A stretch of 64,000 nt of DNA from Cyanobacteria bacterium CYA (GCA_008363215.1 RHKP01000007.1:113713-177712), one strand, 5' to 3'; counted from the first letter of the stretch, positions 28,976 through 39,123 are shown. Notes: generated by a model not told the origin, from the letters alone. Program-made: numbers and translations.

Positions 28976-29057
28976 CGCGCGGGGCGTCGCCACAGAAATG
29001 GCGGCTGAGATGGCACCCGTCGAACCTGATCCGGATCACACCGGCGGAGGGAACGCG
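28976..29057 (+). promoter_or_regulatory. TPP (THI-box) riboswitch aptamer upstream of thiC
   Basis: CGCG-GGGGCGUCGCC...GGCGGCUGAGAUGGCACCC...GAACCUGAUCCGGAUCACACCGGCGGAGGGAA-CGCG contains the invariant CUGAGA and ACCUGAUC(U/C)GGAU.A..CC.GCG.AGGGA blocks. Downstream, GGAGGG/CCCTCC pairing could mask the thiC SD. Confidence 0.85.
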
Positions 29058-29101
29058 GTCACCGGGAATCCCGGCCCTCCGCCACATACGCGGAGAATCT
29101 C

Positions 29102-31369
29102 ATGACCACCAAGTCCAGCGGACGCCTCAACGTCGGGCCGGGCTCGAACGCGGGCCCGACTCCCGAATCGGCCGGACGGTCCACCAGTGTCGATGCCGTT
29201 CGCTCGCTCTCTCCGGCCGAAAAAGCCGACCAACTCACCACCCGCGCCCTGCGCTCCCGCGCCGAACTCATCGCGGCCGGCGGCATGAGCGCCGGTGACT
29301 CGGGAGTCGCCGGCACGGGCGTCGCGCCCGCGTTCCGCCCCACCACCCCTGCCCCCGCCTACCCCGGCGCTCCCACGCGGCCCGGCTATGCCATCCCCGC
29401 CCACGGCGCTCTCAACCCCGGCTCCGAGCCCAAGGCCACCACCCCCGGCTCCTTCGCACTCGCCCCCGACATCGGCGGCCCGCTCATGTTCGCCAGCCCC
29501 GACACTCCCGGCATGCCCGCCCCCTCCACCAAAACCGCCTGGGACTTCCTGCCGGAAGGATGGACGGCCGAAGTGACGAAGGGAACAGGAGACCCACAGA
29601 CGAAGTGCGGCTGCGACCACCATGCCTGCGTCGATTCGCACGCCGCTCCGCCTCTTCGTCACTCCGTCTCTCCGTCTCTCGAAGCCGTCGAGTTCACTGA
29701 CGCCCGCTGCCTCACGCGCCGCGTCACCTTCCCCGCCGGCTTCAGACCAGTCACCCAACTCGAACACGCACGCCTCGGGATCATCACGCCCGAAATGCGC
29801 CGCGTCGCACAGCGCGAGCCGCACCTAACCCCCGAGCAGGTCCGCGACGAAATCGCCGCCGGACGACTCATCATCCCCGCCAACATCCACCACCTCGCCC
29901 ACCAACTCGACCCCATGGCCATCGGCCGCGCAACCAAAACCAAAGTCAACGCCAACATGGGCGCCTCCCCCGTCTCCAGCAGCACCGACGAAGAAGTCGA
30001 AAAACTCCGCTGGGCCGAACGCTGGGGTTCCGACACATGCATGGATTTATCGACGGGGGGGGATTTGGATGCGTGTCGGGAGGCGATTATTGCGAACGCG
30101 AGGGTGCCGATCGGGACGGTGCCGATCTATTCGATGATCATCGGGCGGAAGTTGGAGGATCTGACGCCGGAGATCATTCTGGAGACGATCGAGCACCAGG
30201 CCAGGCAGGGTGTGGACTACATGACGATCCATGCGGGGGTTGTGCGCAAACATCTACCGCTGGTGAAGAACCGGCTGATCGGCATCGTCAGCCGCGGCGG
30301 GTCGCTGCTGGCCAAGTGGATGCTGACGCACAATGCTGAGAACCCGATGTACACGCTGTGGGACGACATCTGCCGCATTCTGCGCAGGCACGATGTGTCG
30401 TTTTCGATCGGCGACGGGCTTCGGCCGGGCGGACTTGCGGATGCGAGCGACCAGGCGCAGTTGGCTGAACTGGCGGTGATCGGCGAACTGACCGAGCGAG
30501 CGTGGCGGCACGGGGTGCAGGTGATGGTTGAGGGGCCGGGGCACGTGCCGTTCGATCAGATCGAGTACAACGCCAAGTTGCAGCGGGCGATCTGCCACGG
30601 TGCGCCGTTCTACGTGCTGGGGCCGTTGGTGACGGATGTTTTCCCCGGCTATGACCACATCACCAGTTGCATCGGGGCGACGGCGATTGCGTACCACGGT
30701 GCGGCGATGCTGTGCTACGTGACGCCGAAGGAGCACCTGGGGCTGCCCAAGCGCGGGGACGTGAAGGAAGGCTGCATCGCGTACAAGATCGCCGCCCACG
30801 CGGCGGACGTGGCGCTCGGCATCCCCGGCACGCGCGACTGGGACGACGAACTGACCAAGGCCCGCGCGGCGCTCAACTGGCAGAAGCACTTTGAACTGGC
30901 CTATGACGAGGACACCGCGCGGGCGTACCACGACGAGGACCTCGACGTCGACACGGATTTCTGCGCCATGTGCGGGCATGACTGGTGCAGCGTGCGCATC
31001 AGCAAGGAGATCCAGGAGTTTGCCAGCGGCAAGGCCAAGGGGTTTGAGCGAGGCAAGGCGGTGCGATCCGGCGCGCTGACGGCCGAGCAGAGGGCGATTC
31101 TGGAGCAGCGGGGGTATCTCAAGCCGGAGGAGATACACAAGTTGGCTGAGAAGGCACGGGGGAGAGACGGAGAGACGAAGGGACGCGGAGACGAAGTGGA
31201 ACGAACCCGAAGCGCCGGGGGAGGAGTCGAAGCCAAGCCGTCGTGCCACTCGGACTACGTGGACTCGGACGAGGCCAAGCGGTTGCAGCGTGAGGCGCTG
31301 GGGGGGGAACTGATCCAGTTAGACACGAGCGAGGCGCACAACCTGGCGAAGGAGGATCGGCTGATCTGA
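29102..31369 (+). CDS. thiC: Phosphomethylpyrimidine synthase ThiC with long low-complexity N- and C-terminal extensions
   Basis: The core runs from ...[19 protein letters not shown] to [14 protein letters not shown] (the Fe-S CX2CX4C motif). About 190 P/A-rich residues precede the core and about 110 follow it. Confidence 0.95.
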   Translation: MTTKSSGRLNVGPGSNAGPTPESAGRSTSVDAVRSLSPAEKADQLTTRALRSRAELIAAGGMSAGDSGVAGTGVAPAFRPTTPAPAYPGAPTRPGYAIPAHGALNPGSEPKATTPGSFALAPDIGGPLMFASPDTPGMPAPSTKTAWDFLPEGWTAEVTKGTGDPQTKCGCDHHACVDSHAAPPLRHSVSPSLEAVEFTDARCLTRRVTFPAGFRPVTQLEHARLGIITPEMRRVAQREPHLTPEQVRDEIAAGRLIIPANIHHLAHQLDPMAIGRATKTKVNANMGASPVSSSTDEEVEKLRWAERWGSDTCMDLSTGGDLDACREAIIANARVPIGTVPIYSMIIGRKLEDLTPEIILETIEHQARQGVDYMTIHAGVVRKHLPLVKNRLIGIVSRGGSLLAKWMLTHNAENPMYTLWDDICRILRRHDVSFSIGDGLRPGGLADASDQAQLAELAVIGELTERAWRHGVQVMVEGPGHVPFDQIEYNAKLQRAICHGAPFYVLGPLVTDVFPGYDHITSCIGATAIAYHGAAMLCYVTPKEHLGLPKRGDVKEGCIAYKIAAHAADVALGIPGTRDWDDELTKARAALNWQKHFELAYDEDTARAYHDEDLDVDTDFCAMCGHDWCSVRISKEIQEFASGKAKGFERGKAVRSGALTAEQRAILEQRGYLKPEEIHKLAEKARGRDGETKGRGDEVERTRSAGGGVEAKPSCHSDYVDSDEAKRLQREALGGELIQLDTSEAHNLAKEDRLI
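31157..31226 (-). repeat. Copy D of the dispersed TTCG-rich repeat family (reverse orientation), inside the thiC 3' extension
   Basis: The reverse complement reads CTCCTCCCCCGGCGCTTCGGGTTCGTTCCACTTCGTCTCCGCGTCCCTTCGTCTCTCCGTCTCTCC. About 24 of 29 positions match copy F. Confidence 0.7.
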
Positions 31370-31387
31370 CTCCTCTCAAATGGACCG

Positions 31388-31714
31388 TTGAATGGAGGAC
31401 GCCGGGGCTCCTTCGCGCTGAAGGTTCACCTCAAGGGCGCTTCAGCAGACGAGGTCAAGTCCCTCGTCGCACGTTCTGTCTTGCGATGGAGCAAGCCGGA
31501 CGAGGACGGGGCGCGGGCGGCTTCGATCACTCCTAAGCGCCATGGATGGATCACGATTTTTCCAAGCGACGAGTTGTTTCCTTCGGATTGCCTGAACGGG
31601 GCGTTGGAGAGGGACGCGAGGGGGCCCATCATCGCATTCGGCCTGCATGACAGCGATGTCCTCTCCTACCGGTATCTTCAGGATGGAGAGTATCCGGATT
31701 ACTACAACTCCTGA
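31388..31714 (+). CDS. Hypothetical protein (TTG start; possibly truncated)
   Basis: Coding-like ...HGWITIFPSDELFPSDCLNGALERDARGPIIAFGLHDSDVLSYRYLQDGEYPDYYNS. No family recognised, and about 330 bp downstream has no clear gene. Confidence 0.4.
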   Translation: MNGGRRGSFALKVHLKGASADEVKSLVARSVLRWSKPDEDGARAASITPKRHGWITIFPSDELFPSDCLNGALERDARGPIIAFGLHDSDVLSYRYLQDGEYPDYYNS

Positions 31715-32045
31715 CCCGATTCCTTCGGGGCCGCCCGGAGGGCGAGATGGAGACGTCGGGAAGTACCGAGGCTTTTTCCGGACTGGTTGACGAGACTACT
31801 CAAAGCCGGCGGGCATCCCTCAACGCGAGCCGCCTGATTGACGGCGAGGTCGTCGGAGATAGATGGTCTGGAGTTCGTCGTCGAAGATGATCGTCTGCGC
31901 GGACTGATGGACGCACGGCTCGCATGGGTGGTAGTCCGGGTCTTGCACCACTCGGTGGTCCTCGCGCCGAGTCTGCCTCGTCGGATCAGGAGCGGCACTG
32001 TCCGCGCCCGTACTTGCGAACAGTGCCACCCCGTGAGCACGGCCG

Positions 32046-32414
32046 TCACTCCAGCCCCAGTTCGGCCCGTTTCTTGCGCGACAGCCCGGCGGCGACGACT
32101 GCGTGCGCCCTGGTGAGCAATGCCTTGGCCTGGGCGGGCGGCAGCGCGTCACGGCGCATCACTTTGACCCAGCCGAAGCGGGCCGAATAGGGCGCCGGGA
32201 TGATGCCGTCGATCTCGGTCAGGCGATCGAAGTCGTCATCATCGCACTTGAAGGCAAACTGCCGCGTGCCGTCGGTGTCGAAGCCGGCGAACATCTTGCC
32301 GCCGACGCTGAAGATCAGGTTGTCGCCCCACTTGATGTCCTCGGTCACGCCGACGAGCGAACGGCAATGGGTCTGCAGCGCATCGGCACTGTACCTGGCG
32401 GACCTGGCGGCCAT
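32046..32414 (-). CDS. MmcQ/YjbR-family DNA-binding protein
   Basis: ATG at 32414. ...VTEDIKWGDNLIFSVGGKMFAGF...APYSARFGWVKV... is typical of the YjbR fold family. The 540 upstream codons of the track ORF are S/P/T/A-rich junk. Confidence 0.85.
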   Translation of the reverse strand: MAARSARYSADALQTHCRSLVGVTEDIKWGDNLIFSVGGKMFAGFDTDGTRQFAFKCDDDDFDRLTEIDGIIPAPYSARFGWVKVMRRDALPPAQAKALLTRAHAVVAAGLSRKKRAELGLE

Positions 32415-32601
32415 GCGGGAGCATAGAAGGGCGCTGCAGGAGCGAGCCGGCGAGTTGCCTTCGCCGCTCTCGGGGCTCTGCTTGATGTTGGAGCAGCGGA
32501 CCCCGGGCTGCATCCAGGGCTTTGGACGGCGGCGCGGCTGGGGCCGGGGATATGGGTGCGTCTTGTTCCTTTTGCTCAAGGGGAGGGGGCGGCGCATCCC
32601 T

Positions 32602-33894
32602 TCATCCGGCTTCGAGGACTCGGCCGCTTTCTCCCGCACGGGGAGAGGGATGCGTTGAAGGGAGTTCGTTGAGTGCGGCGAGTTGGCGGCGGGAGTGGAC
32701 GTTGTAGAACTTGTAGAGGCGTTTGATGTGGGCGTGGACGGTGGAGTAGGCCAGGCCGAGGGAGTCGGCGATCTGGTTGTAGGTGAGGCCCTGGAGGAGG
32801 AGGCGTTCGACCTGGTCGCGGCGTGGGGACAGGCGGGTGCGCGGGGTGTAGCGGCGCCTGCGGATGTGAGGGAGAGAGGCGGGGCGTGGGACTTCGTGGC
32901 CGAAGAGGAGGCCGGCGGAGATGTGGGTGACGAAGTGGTTCCAGCCTTCGCGGTCGAGGGTGAAGTATCGGATGCGGTGGCAGTGATGGCAGAGGAAGGC
33001 ATCGGGGATTCGGCAGGGGGCGTCGGGACGGGACTGGGGAGCGGGTGATGGGAATGGCAAGAGGGGGTCGTCGGCGAGGAGGTGGGCGAGGGTGGTGACG
33101 GGGAGGGGGCAGTACAGGCGAGAGACGAGGCGGGAGCAGCGAGGCGCCTCATCGGTCTCGACACGTTGCGTCGAGCGAGCGTCTGCGCCGAGGGGAGAAG
33201 GCAGGATGGCGTCATTGGCTCGGTCGCTTGTGGGCGGCGAACCCCGGCGCGCGCCGATGGGTCGGCCGGGGCATTGGAAGAGCCAGCCGCAGTGGCGTGG
33301 GCGTGCGCCGGCGGCGTCGCGCGGGTCGGCGCGGGTGCGCGGGAAGCGGTCGGCGGTGAGTGTGAGGGTGTCGGGGATGCGGGTGTGGTGGTATTGCCAG
33401 ATGGTGCCCCAGACGGCGTGAGGCGGCCGGCCGATGTTGGCGTTCGGATCGAGCGGAGAGGGAGTCCAGAGGACGGGGACGCGTTTGCCGCGCGAGGAGT
33501 GGATGGAAGGCGGGTCGTAGCGGACGTGGACGAGGCCTTTGTCGAGCCAGTTGCGGAGGGACTCGGGGTGGCGGCCGAGGCGGGCGGCGGCGCGAGTGGC
33601 ACGGATACCCGGCCACGGGATGTTGACAGGTGCGACGAGGGTGCGGATGGCCGGGGTGTAGAGGGTGAGCGCATGCGGGAGGCCGCGCTTGCAGTCGCGC
33701 TCGGAGGCGAGCGCGGCAAGGGCGTCGAGACGGGTGTCGGAAGCGCGGACGCAGAGGCACCATGCGCGGGGCGGACGGGTGAGCGTCGGCGTGGATCGGC
33801 GGGCGGCGCGTACGGCTGCTTCCACGCGGTCGGCGCGTACGCGGCGCCCGAGGCGGGACCATGCGTCGAGCAGGGCGCGATCGAGTTCGTCCAT
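32602..33894 (-). CDS. Atypical regulator with a C-terminal LuxR/GerE-type HTH and a Cys/His cluster
   Basis: ATG at 33894 (MDELDRALLDAW...). The C-terminus LSPRRDQVERLLLQGLTYNQIADSLGLAYSTVHAHIKRLYKFYNV is a GerE HTH. CRIPDAFLCHHCHRIRYF is upstream. The N-terminal ~330 aa are unrecognised. Confidence 0.7.
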   Translation of the reverse strand: MDELDRALLDAWSRLGRRVRADRVEAAVRAARRSTPTLTRPPRAWCLCVRASDTRLDALAALASERDCKRGLPHALTLYTPAIRTLVAPVNIPWPGIRATRAAARLGRHPESLRNWLDKGLVHVRYDPPSIHSSRGKRVPVLWTPSPLDPNANIGRPPHAVWGTIWQYHHTRIPDTLTLTADRFPRTRADPRDAAGARPRHCGWLFQCPGRPIGARRGSPPTSDRANDAILPSPLGADARSTQRVETDEAPRCSRLVSRLYCPLPVTTLAHLLADDPLLPFPSPAPQSRPDAPCRIPDAFLCHHCHRIRYFTLDREGWNHFVTHISAGLLFGHEVPRPASLPHIRRRRYTPRTRLSPRRDQVERLLLQGLTYNQIADSLGLAYSTVHAHIKRLYKFYNVHSRRQLAALNELPSTHPSPRAGESGRVLEAG

Positions 33895-34085
33895 GGCGGT
33901 GCTCCTGTCGGGGGGAGCAGCGCGAGGGTAGCCGCATGTGAGGCGAGCAGAAGGGCAAATCGGCGGAGGGGCGCGTTTGTGCGCGCGCGGGCGCGTGATT
34001 GGACAAAAAAAGCACGCGCCCGTTTCGGGGCGCGTGCGTGCAATCACCCAACCAAATTCATCTGACCAGCGATGCCTTCACCCGA

Positions 34086-34616
34086 TCAGCGATCCGATTC
34101 GACCCGCTCACTCGAGCGAACCACGATTTCCGGCGGCTCCTGTTCGCGGACCAGTTTCGGCTCGGTGATGGTGCGCGTTTCGGCCTGATCGCGGATGCGT
34201 GTGCCTTCCTCGATGTAGCCCAGGGCGCGGGCGATCAGTTCGCCGCGGCTGGAGGCGCCGAGTTTGCGGTGCAGGCTCTTAACGTGGTCGTGGACGGTGT
34301 GCGGGCTGCGTTCCAGGTCGTCGGCGATCTGGCGGACGCTCTTTCCGAGCACGAGTTGCTCGAGCACCTGCTGCTCGCGGACGGTCAGCCACGTCTGGGC
34401 GGAGTCCTGGGCCGACCCGAGCGCCAACTTGGCGCGGTGGGAGAGCAGGGGGAGGATGGCTTGAAGGGCGGCCTGATTTTCGGGGCTGATCCGGCGTGGT
34501 CCGACGGCCCCGTGGCCCATCAGTCCGATTTCCACGACGATGTAGCGGCGCGGGGTGCCGTCATCGAGTGCGGCCACGCCGATGAGCAGGTCGGAGATGT
34601 CCGTGCCCACCCACAT
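34086..34616 (-). CDS. LuxR/GerE-family transcriptional regulator (probably the 3' part of a frameshifted longer gene reaching ~35032)
   Basis: LTVREQQVLEQLVLGKSVRQIADDLERSPHTVHDHVKSLHRKLG is a GerE HTH. The frame stays open and coding-like for a further 81 codons upstream of the first ATG (to a TGA at 34862-34860) with no start codon. Confidence 0.7.
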   Translation of the reverse strand: MWVGTDISDLLIGVAALDDGTPRRYIVVEIGLMGHGAVGPRRISPENQAALQAILPLLSHRAKLALGSAQDSAQTWLTVREQQVLEQLVLGKSVRQIADDLERSPHTVHDHVKSLHRKLGASSRGELIARALGYIEEGTRIRDQAETRTITEPKLVREQEPPEIVVRSSERVESDR

Positions 34617-35290
34617 GGAGCCGATGGGGGCGGTGCGCCAGAGTTCGGTTCCCGCCAGACGTGCGGCCGAGGCTGCGGTGATGCCTGTCGGGCCCAGTCC
34701 GTCGAGGCGGAAACCGAGTTCTCGGAGTCGATCGGCGCGGGACCGGACGGAGAGTTCGACGCCGCTCGATTCGTCGAGGGGGGAGTCGTCTTCGGTCCAT
34801 GCGGGGGCGGCCGGCTGAATGGCGGCGGCGCGGGAGGTACAGAAACGCGTCCGGACAGTTCAGCGCGGAGGATCATGGCGCAGACGCGGCTAGGGGCCAT
34901 GAGTACGCTGAGCGCGCGTGCGGCGCGGTCGCTCCAATCGAGCGTGGCGACCGCGGGCAGCCCGCACAATCTTTCTGAAGCACGCACCACCGACTCCATC
35001 GCCGCGGCGATTGCTTGCCCGCTCTCACCCATCGCGACCTCCTTCAGACCACGACTCAAAGACTCAGTCCGTTGAATCTGTGCCATGTCCCAAGAACACT
35101 CGGCTGGCCGGCGCCCGGGGGAACAGTTTCCGGGGGTGCGTACACCCGTTCATGTGGCCAAGCCCCGCCAGCGGAAGCGTCTATGGGCGATAGTCTAGCC
35201 GAAGTGTGCCCGAATCGGCATGGTGACGAGCGGAATCGCGCAAAGAAAGCGGCCGCCCAAACAAGTGGGGATCCTTCCGAGCCTTACAGC

Positions 35291-36673
35291 ATGGGGATTT
35301 TGCCGCATCTTCGTCCGAGAACCTTTTCATCCCGCCCTGGGCGCGCGTTCGGGGGGAACATTTCGCAGCGGCTACCATACACCACGAACGCACACCCGGC
35401 CAACTCACGGCACATTCTCATCGTCGGCGGCGGGTTCGCCGGGCTGGCCTGCGCGCGGGCCTTGGCGCGGGCGCCTGTTCGCATCACCCTGGTCGATCGG
35501 AACAACCACCATCTGTTCCAGCCGCTGCTGTACCAGGTCGCCACTGCGGCGCTGAGCCCGGCCGACATCGCTGCCCCCATCCGGGGTGTGCTGCGGCGCA
35601 ACGCGCGGGCCGAGGTTCTGCTGGCGGAGGTGGAGTCGATCGACGCGGAGGCCCGCCGCGTCGTGGCGGGCGGACGGACGCTCACCTACGACACGCTCGT
35701 GCTGGCGAGCGGCACGGAGCACTCGTATTTCGGGCATGAGGAGTGGGAGGCCAGCGCACCGGGGCTCAAGTCGATTGACGAGGCGCTGGAGATCCGGCGT
35801 CGCATGCTGCTGGGCTTCGAGCGTGCCGAGAACGAGCCTGACGCCGACGAACGCCGTCGTCTGATGACCTTCGTGATCGTCGGGGGCGGGCCGACGGGCG
35901 TGGAGATGGCCGGCGCCATCGGCGAGATCGCCACCTGCGCCATCCCCCGCGACTTTCGGCACATTGACACGCGTTCGGCGCGCATCGTGCTGATCGAGGC
36001 CGGCCCGCGACTGCTTCCCGCCTTTCCGGAAGAACTCTCCGCCCGCGCGCAGCGCGACCTGGAATCGATCGGCGTCGAGGTCCGCACCAACACGCGCGTC
36101 ACGGACATTTCGCCAGAGGGCGCCATGGTCGGCGATGCGCTGATCGGCTCGCGTCATGTCATTTGGGCGGCCGGCGTTCGCGCGTCGTCACTTACCGCAC
36201 AACTTCCCTGCGAGCGTGACCGGAGCGGACGCGTGCTTGTGGGCCCCGACCTGTGCGTGCCGGGGCACCCGGAAGTCTTCGTCCTGGGCGACATCGCGCG
36301 CGTGGTGGATCCGAAAACGGGGCTTGAAGTCCCCGGCGTCGCGCCGGCGGCCATGCAGATGGGGCGCTACGCGGCTCGACAGATCGACCGCGAAGCGCGC
36401 GGCGTGCAGACGCCCGCGGAGCGGCCCGCATTCGTCTACCGCGACAAGGGGCTGCTTGCGACGATCGGGCGCGGCAAGGCCGTGGCGGCGATCGGCAAGA
36501 GCCGATTTGCCGGCCTGCCTGCGTGGCTGCTGTGGGCCCTCGTCCACGTCTATTTCCTGATCAACTTCCGCAACCGGCTCTCGGTCATGCTCGGGTGGGC
36601 GTGGGCGTACCTCTTCTTCGAACGCGGTGCGCGACTGATTACGGGGCAACGCGTGAGCCAGCCTCGCGGCTGA
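35291..36673 (+). CDS. ndh: Type II NADH dehydrogenase (NDH-2)
   Basis: HILIVGGGFAGLACARAL (first GxGxxG), NHHLFQPLLYQVA, and FVIVGGGPTGVEMAGAI (second dinucleotide fold). Start chosen at ATG 35291. Confidence 0.9.
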   Translation: MGILPHLRPRTFSSRPGRAFGGNISQRLPYTTNAHPANSRHILIVGGGFAGLACARALARAPVRITLVDRNNHHLFQPLLYQVATAALSPADIAAPIRGVLRRNARAEVLLAEVESIDAEARRVVAGGRTLTYDTLVLASGTEHSYFGHEEWEASAPGLKSIDEALEIRRRMLLGFERAENEPDADERRRLMTFVIVGGGPTGVEMAGAIGEIATCAIPRDFRHIDTRSARIVLIEAGPRLLPAFPEELSARAQRDLESIGVEVRTNTRVTDISPEGAMVGDALIGSRHVIWAAGVRASSLTAQLPCERDRSGRVLVGPDLCVPGHPEVFVLGDIARVVDPKTGLEVPGVAPAAMQMGRYAARQIDREARGVQTPAERPAFVYRDKGLLATIGRGKAVAAIGKSRFAGLPAWLLWALVHVYFLINFRNRLSVMLGWAWAYLFFERGARLITGQRVSQPRG

Positions 36674-36877
36674 AGGAGTGACTTTGTGTGCCGCCGACTT
36701 TCGACTTTGGAAGTCGGTGCGGGCGGGTCAGGGGGCACACCGAGTTCGCAAAGCCGAACTCGGTGGGGCGGGACCTGGTGTCACCTGCCGGGTCGGGGGC
36801 TGGAGGCTGGGGGAGGGTCCGTATGATCCCGCTGCGTGGCAGGATTCCGGATCGTCCGGGTCTGCCGGAGGTGGAGT

Positions 36878-37675
36878 ATGGGGCAAGGTCGGCGTCACGA
36901 ACGCCGGGAGACCAGCGATCGTCACGTCCTTGAACTGGAGATGCTGCCGCAGCCGGATGACGTGACGTGCGGGCCGACGTGCCTGCACGCGGTGTACCGG
37001 TTCTGGGGTGAAGACGTGCCGCTGGAGGAGGTGGTGGGCTCGGTGCATCTGCTGAACGCGGAGGCCGGGCGAGGCACTCTGGCGGTGAATCTCGGCTCGC
37101 ACGCGCTCAAGCGCGGCTACAAGGCGACGCTGTACACGTTCAACCTGCACATGTTCGATCCGACGTGGTTTGCCGGGGAGCGGACGGAGCGGGCGGCGCT
37201 GCTGCGGAGCAAACTGGAGGCCCAGGCGGAGGCGAAGGCGAAGGGGAACGTCAAGTTCGCGGTGGCCACCCGTGCCTACATCGAGTTCCTCGGGCTGGGG
37301 GGCGAGATCCGGTTTGAGGATCTGACCGGCCGGCTGATTTCCGGGCACATCCGGGCGGGGTGTCCGGTGCTGGTGGGACTGAGCGCGACGTATCTGTATC
37401 GGGCGGCGCGTGAGTACGGTCCCGACGACATCGAGGATGACGTGCGGGGATTGCCGGCGGGGCATTTCGTGGTGCTGCACGGGTACGAGCCTCGGGTGCG
37501 GCGGCTGCACGTGACCGATCCGCTGGCCGACAATCCGGGCTTTGCTGCCCGCAACTACACTGTTCCGATGTCGCGGCTGGTCCCGGCGATCATGCTGGGA
37601 GTCCTGACGTATGACGGGAACCTGCTGGTGATCGAGCCGGCAGGGCGTCGGGATGAGATGGAACGTCGAACATGA
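36878..37675 (+). CDS. Peptidase C39-like (papain-fold) cysteine peptidase
   Basis: ATG at 36878 follows GGAGGTGGAG. LPQPDDVTCGPTCL (Gln...Cys), GHFVVLHGY (His) and HVTDP (Asp) follow the C39-like order. Its stop overlaps the next start (ATGA at 37672). Confidence 0.75.
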   Translation: MGQGRRHERRETSDRHVLELEMLPQPDDVTCGPTCLHAVYRFWGEDVPLEEVVGSVHLLNAEAGRGTLAVNLGSHALKRGYKATLYTFNLHMFDPTWFAGERTERAALLRSKLEAQAEAKAKGNVKFAVATRAYIEFLGLGGEIRFEDLTGRLISGHIRAGCPVLVGLSATYLYRAAREYGPDDIEDDVRGLPAGHFVVLHGYEPRVRRLHVTDPLADNPGFAARNYTVPMSRLVPAIMLGVLTYDGNLLVIEPAGRRDEMERRT

Positions 37676-39123
37676 AGCCACTTGTCATCGTGGATTCGCC
37701 CAAGCGCTGGCCGCTCCACATACCGGGAACCGAACTGGTCTCGACGTATGACTACCTTTCGGATCCGACTTTTGCGCAGGGGCCTGGGCGGAAGGTGTTC
37801 AATTTGTGTCGCTCGCTGCGATACCAGTCGTCGGGCTACTACGTGTCGCTGCTGGCCGATGCGCGTCGGCACCGCCCACTGCCTTCGGTGTCGGCCATCC
37901 AGGGGTTCAAACTGGCGCCGGTGATCCGCGCGGCGTCGGAAGAACTGACCGACCTGATCCAGACGAGTCTGCGGCGCATCCGCTCGGACAAGTTTGAACT
38001 GTCGGTGTACTTCGGGCACAACGTATCAGCCGGGCACGAGCGGCTGGCGGCGGGGGTTTTCAACGCTTTTCCGGTGCCGCTGCTGCGGGCTCGGTTTGAG
38101 CGTGACGGAACGTGGCGTCTGACGTCGGTGCGGGCGATCGGTCTGGGTGAGGTTCCCGAGTCGCATCGCCCCTTCGTGGTGGAAAAGGCGGAGTTGTACC
38201 TGCGGCGCCGTCCGCGGCGGAGCCGCAGTTCACCTCCGACCAAGTATGACCTGGCGATCCTGCATGATCCGGCCAATCCGCTGCCCCCTTCGAACAAGAG
38301 GGCGCTCAAGAAGTTCATCGAAGCGGGCGAGTCGCTGGGGATCGGGTGCGACCTGATCGAGCGTGACGCCTACGGTCGGATTGCCGAGTATGACGGGCTG
38401 TTCATCCGGGAGACGACGGCGGTGAACCACTACACCTACCGGTTTGCGCGCCGAGCGCTGGCCGAAGGGCTCACGGTCATCGACGACCCGCAGTCGATCG
38501 TGCGTTGCACGAACAAGGTGTTTCTGGCCGAGACGCTGACGCGCCACCGCCTGCCCGTGCCCAAGACGGTGATTCTGTCGAAGGAGAACGCGCTGGAGGC
38601 GATCCGTTCGATCGGGTATCCGTGCGTGATCAAGCAGCCTGACAGTTCGTTCTCAGCGGGGGTATCGCGGATCGACTGTGAGGAGGAGGTCGAAGGGAAA
38701 CTGCACGACCTGTTCGAGGTTTCCGAGTTGCTCATTGCGCAGGAGTTCGTGCCGACCGATTTCGACTGGCGCGTCGGGGTGCTGGGCGGTCGGGCGCTTT
38801 GGGTGTGCCGCTACAACATGGCGCCCGGGCACTGGCAGATCGTCAAGCGTGACGACAAGGGCGTGCACGAGGGCTCGTTTGCGGCGTTGTCGGTCGACGA
38901 CGCGCCCCGGGATGTGGTCAAACTGGCGGTGCGATCGGCGGCGTTGATGGGCGACGGGCTGTACGGCGTCGATCTCAAGGTAATCAACGGGAAGGCTGTT
39001 GTGATCGAGGTGAACGACAACCCCAACATCGACGCAGGGGTGGAAGACTCGGTGCTCGGCAGTTGGCTGTACGAAGCCATCATGCAGCACTTCCTGCGCA
39101 AGTTTGAGGAGCAGCGTCCATGA
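37672..39123 (+). CDS. RimK-like ATP-grasp amidoligase with an N-terminal RLAN-type domain
   Basis: The C-terminal half (…KVFLAETLTRHRLPVPKT...YPCVIKQPDSSFSAGV...LIAQEFVPTDFDWRVGVLGG...YGVDLKVINGKAVVIEVNDNP) is an ATP-grasp fold. About 200 additional N-terminal residues are present. Its stop overlaps the next start (ATGA at 39120). Confidence 0.88.
   Translation: MKPLVIVDSPKRWPLHIPGTELVSTYDYLSDPTFAQGPGRKVFNLCRSLRYQSSGYYVSLLADARRHRPLPSVSAIQGFKLAPVIRAASEELTDLIQTSLRRIRSDKFELSVYFGHNVSAGHERLAAGVFNAFPVPLLRARFERDGTWRLTSVRAIGLGEVPESHRPFVVEKAELYLRRRPRRSRSSPPTKYDLAILHDPANPLPPSNKRALKKFIEAGESLGIGCDLIERDAYGRIAEYDGLFIRETTAVNHYTYRFARRALAEGLTVIDDPQSIVRCTNKVFLAETLTRHRLPVPKTVILSKENALEAIRSIGYPCVIKQPDSSFSAGVSRIDCEEEVEGKLHDLFEVSELLIAQEFVPTDFDWRVGVLGGRALWVCRYNMAPGHWQIVKRDDKGVHEGSFAALSVDDAPRDVVKLAVRSAALMGDGLYGVDLKVINGKAVVIEVNDNPNIDAGVEDSVLGSWLYEAIMQHFLRKFEEQRP

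Noticed and set aside
31715-32045. Apparent empty 330 bp after the 31388..31714 ORF, with short coding-like stretches in other frames (e.g. minus-frame ...DPDYHPCEPCVHQSAQTIIFDDELQTIYL)
   Set aside because: The fragments are too short and lack starts or recognisable motifs. This is possibly more gene decay, but I cannot support a feature call.
32415-34043. N-terminal 540 codons of the 665-aa ORF that ends as the MmcQ/YjbR protein
   Set aside because: Only the last 122 aa match the YjbR family, and they start at an internal ATG. The upstream part is S/P/T/A-rich and overlaps the better-supported LuxR-type gene in another frame.
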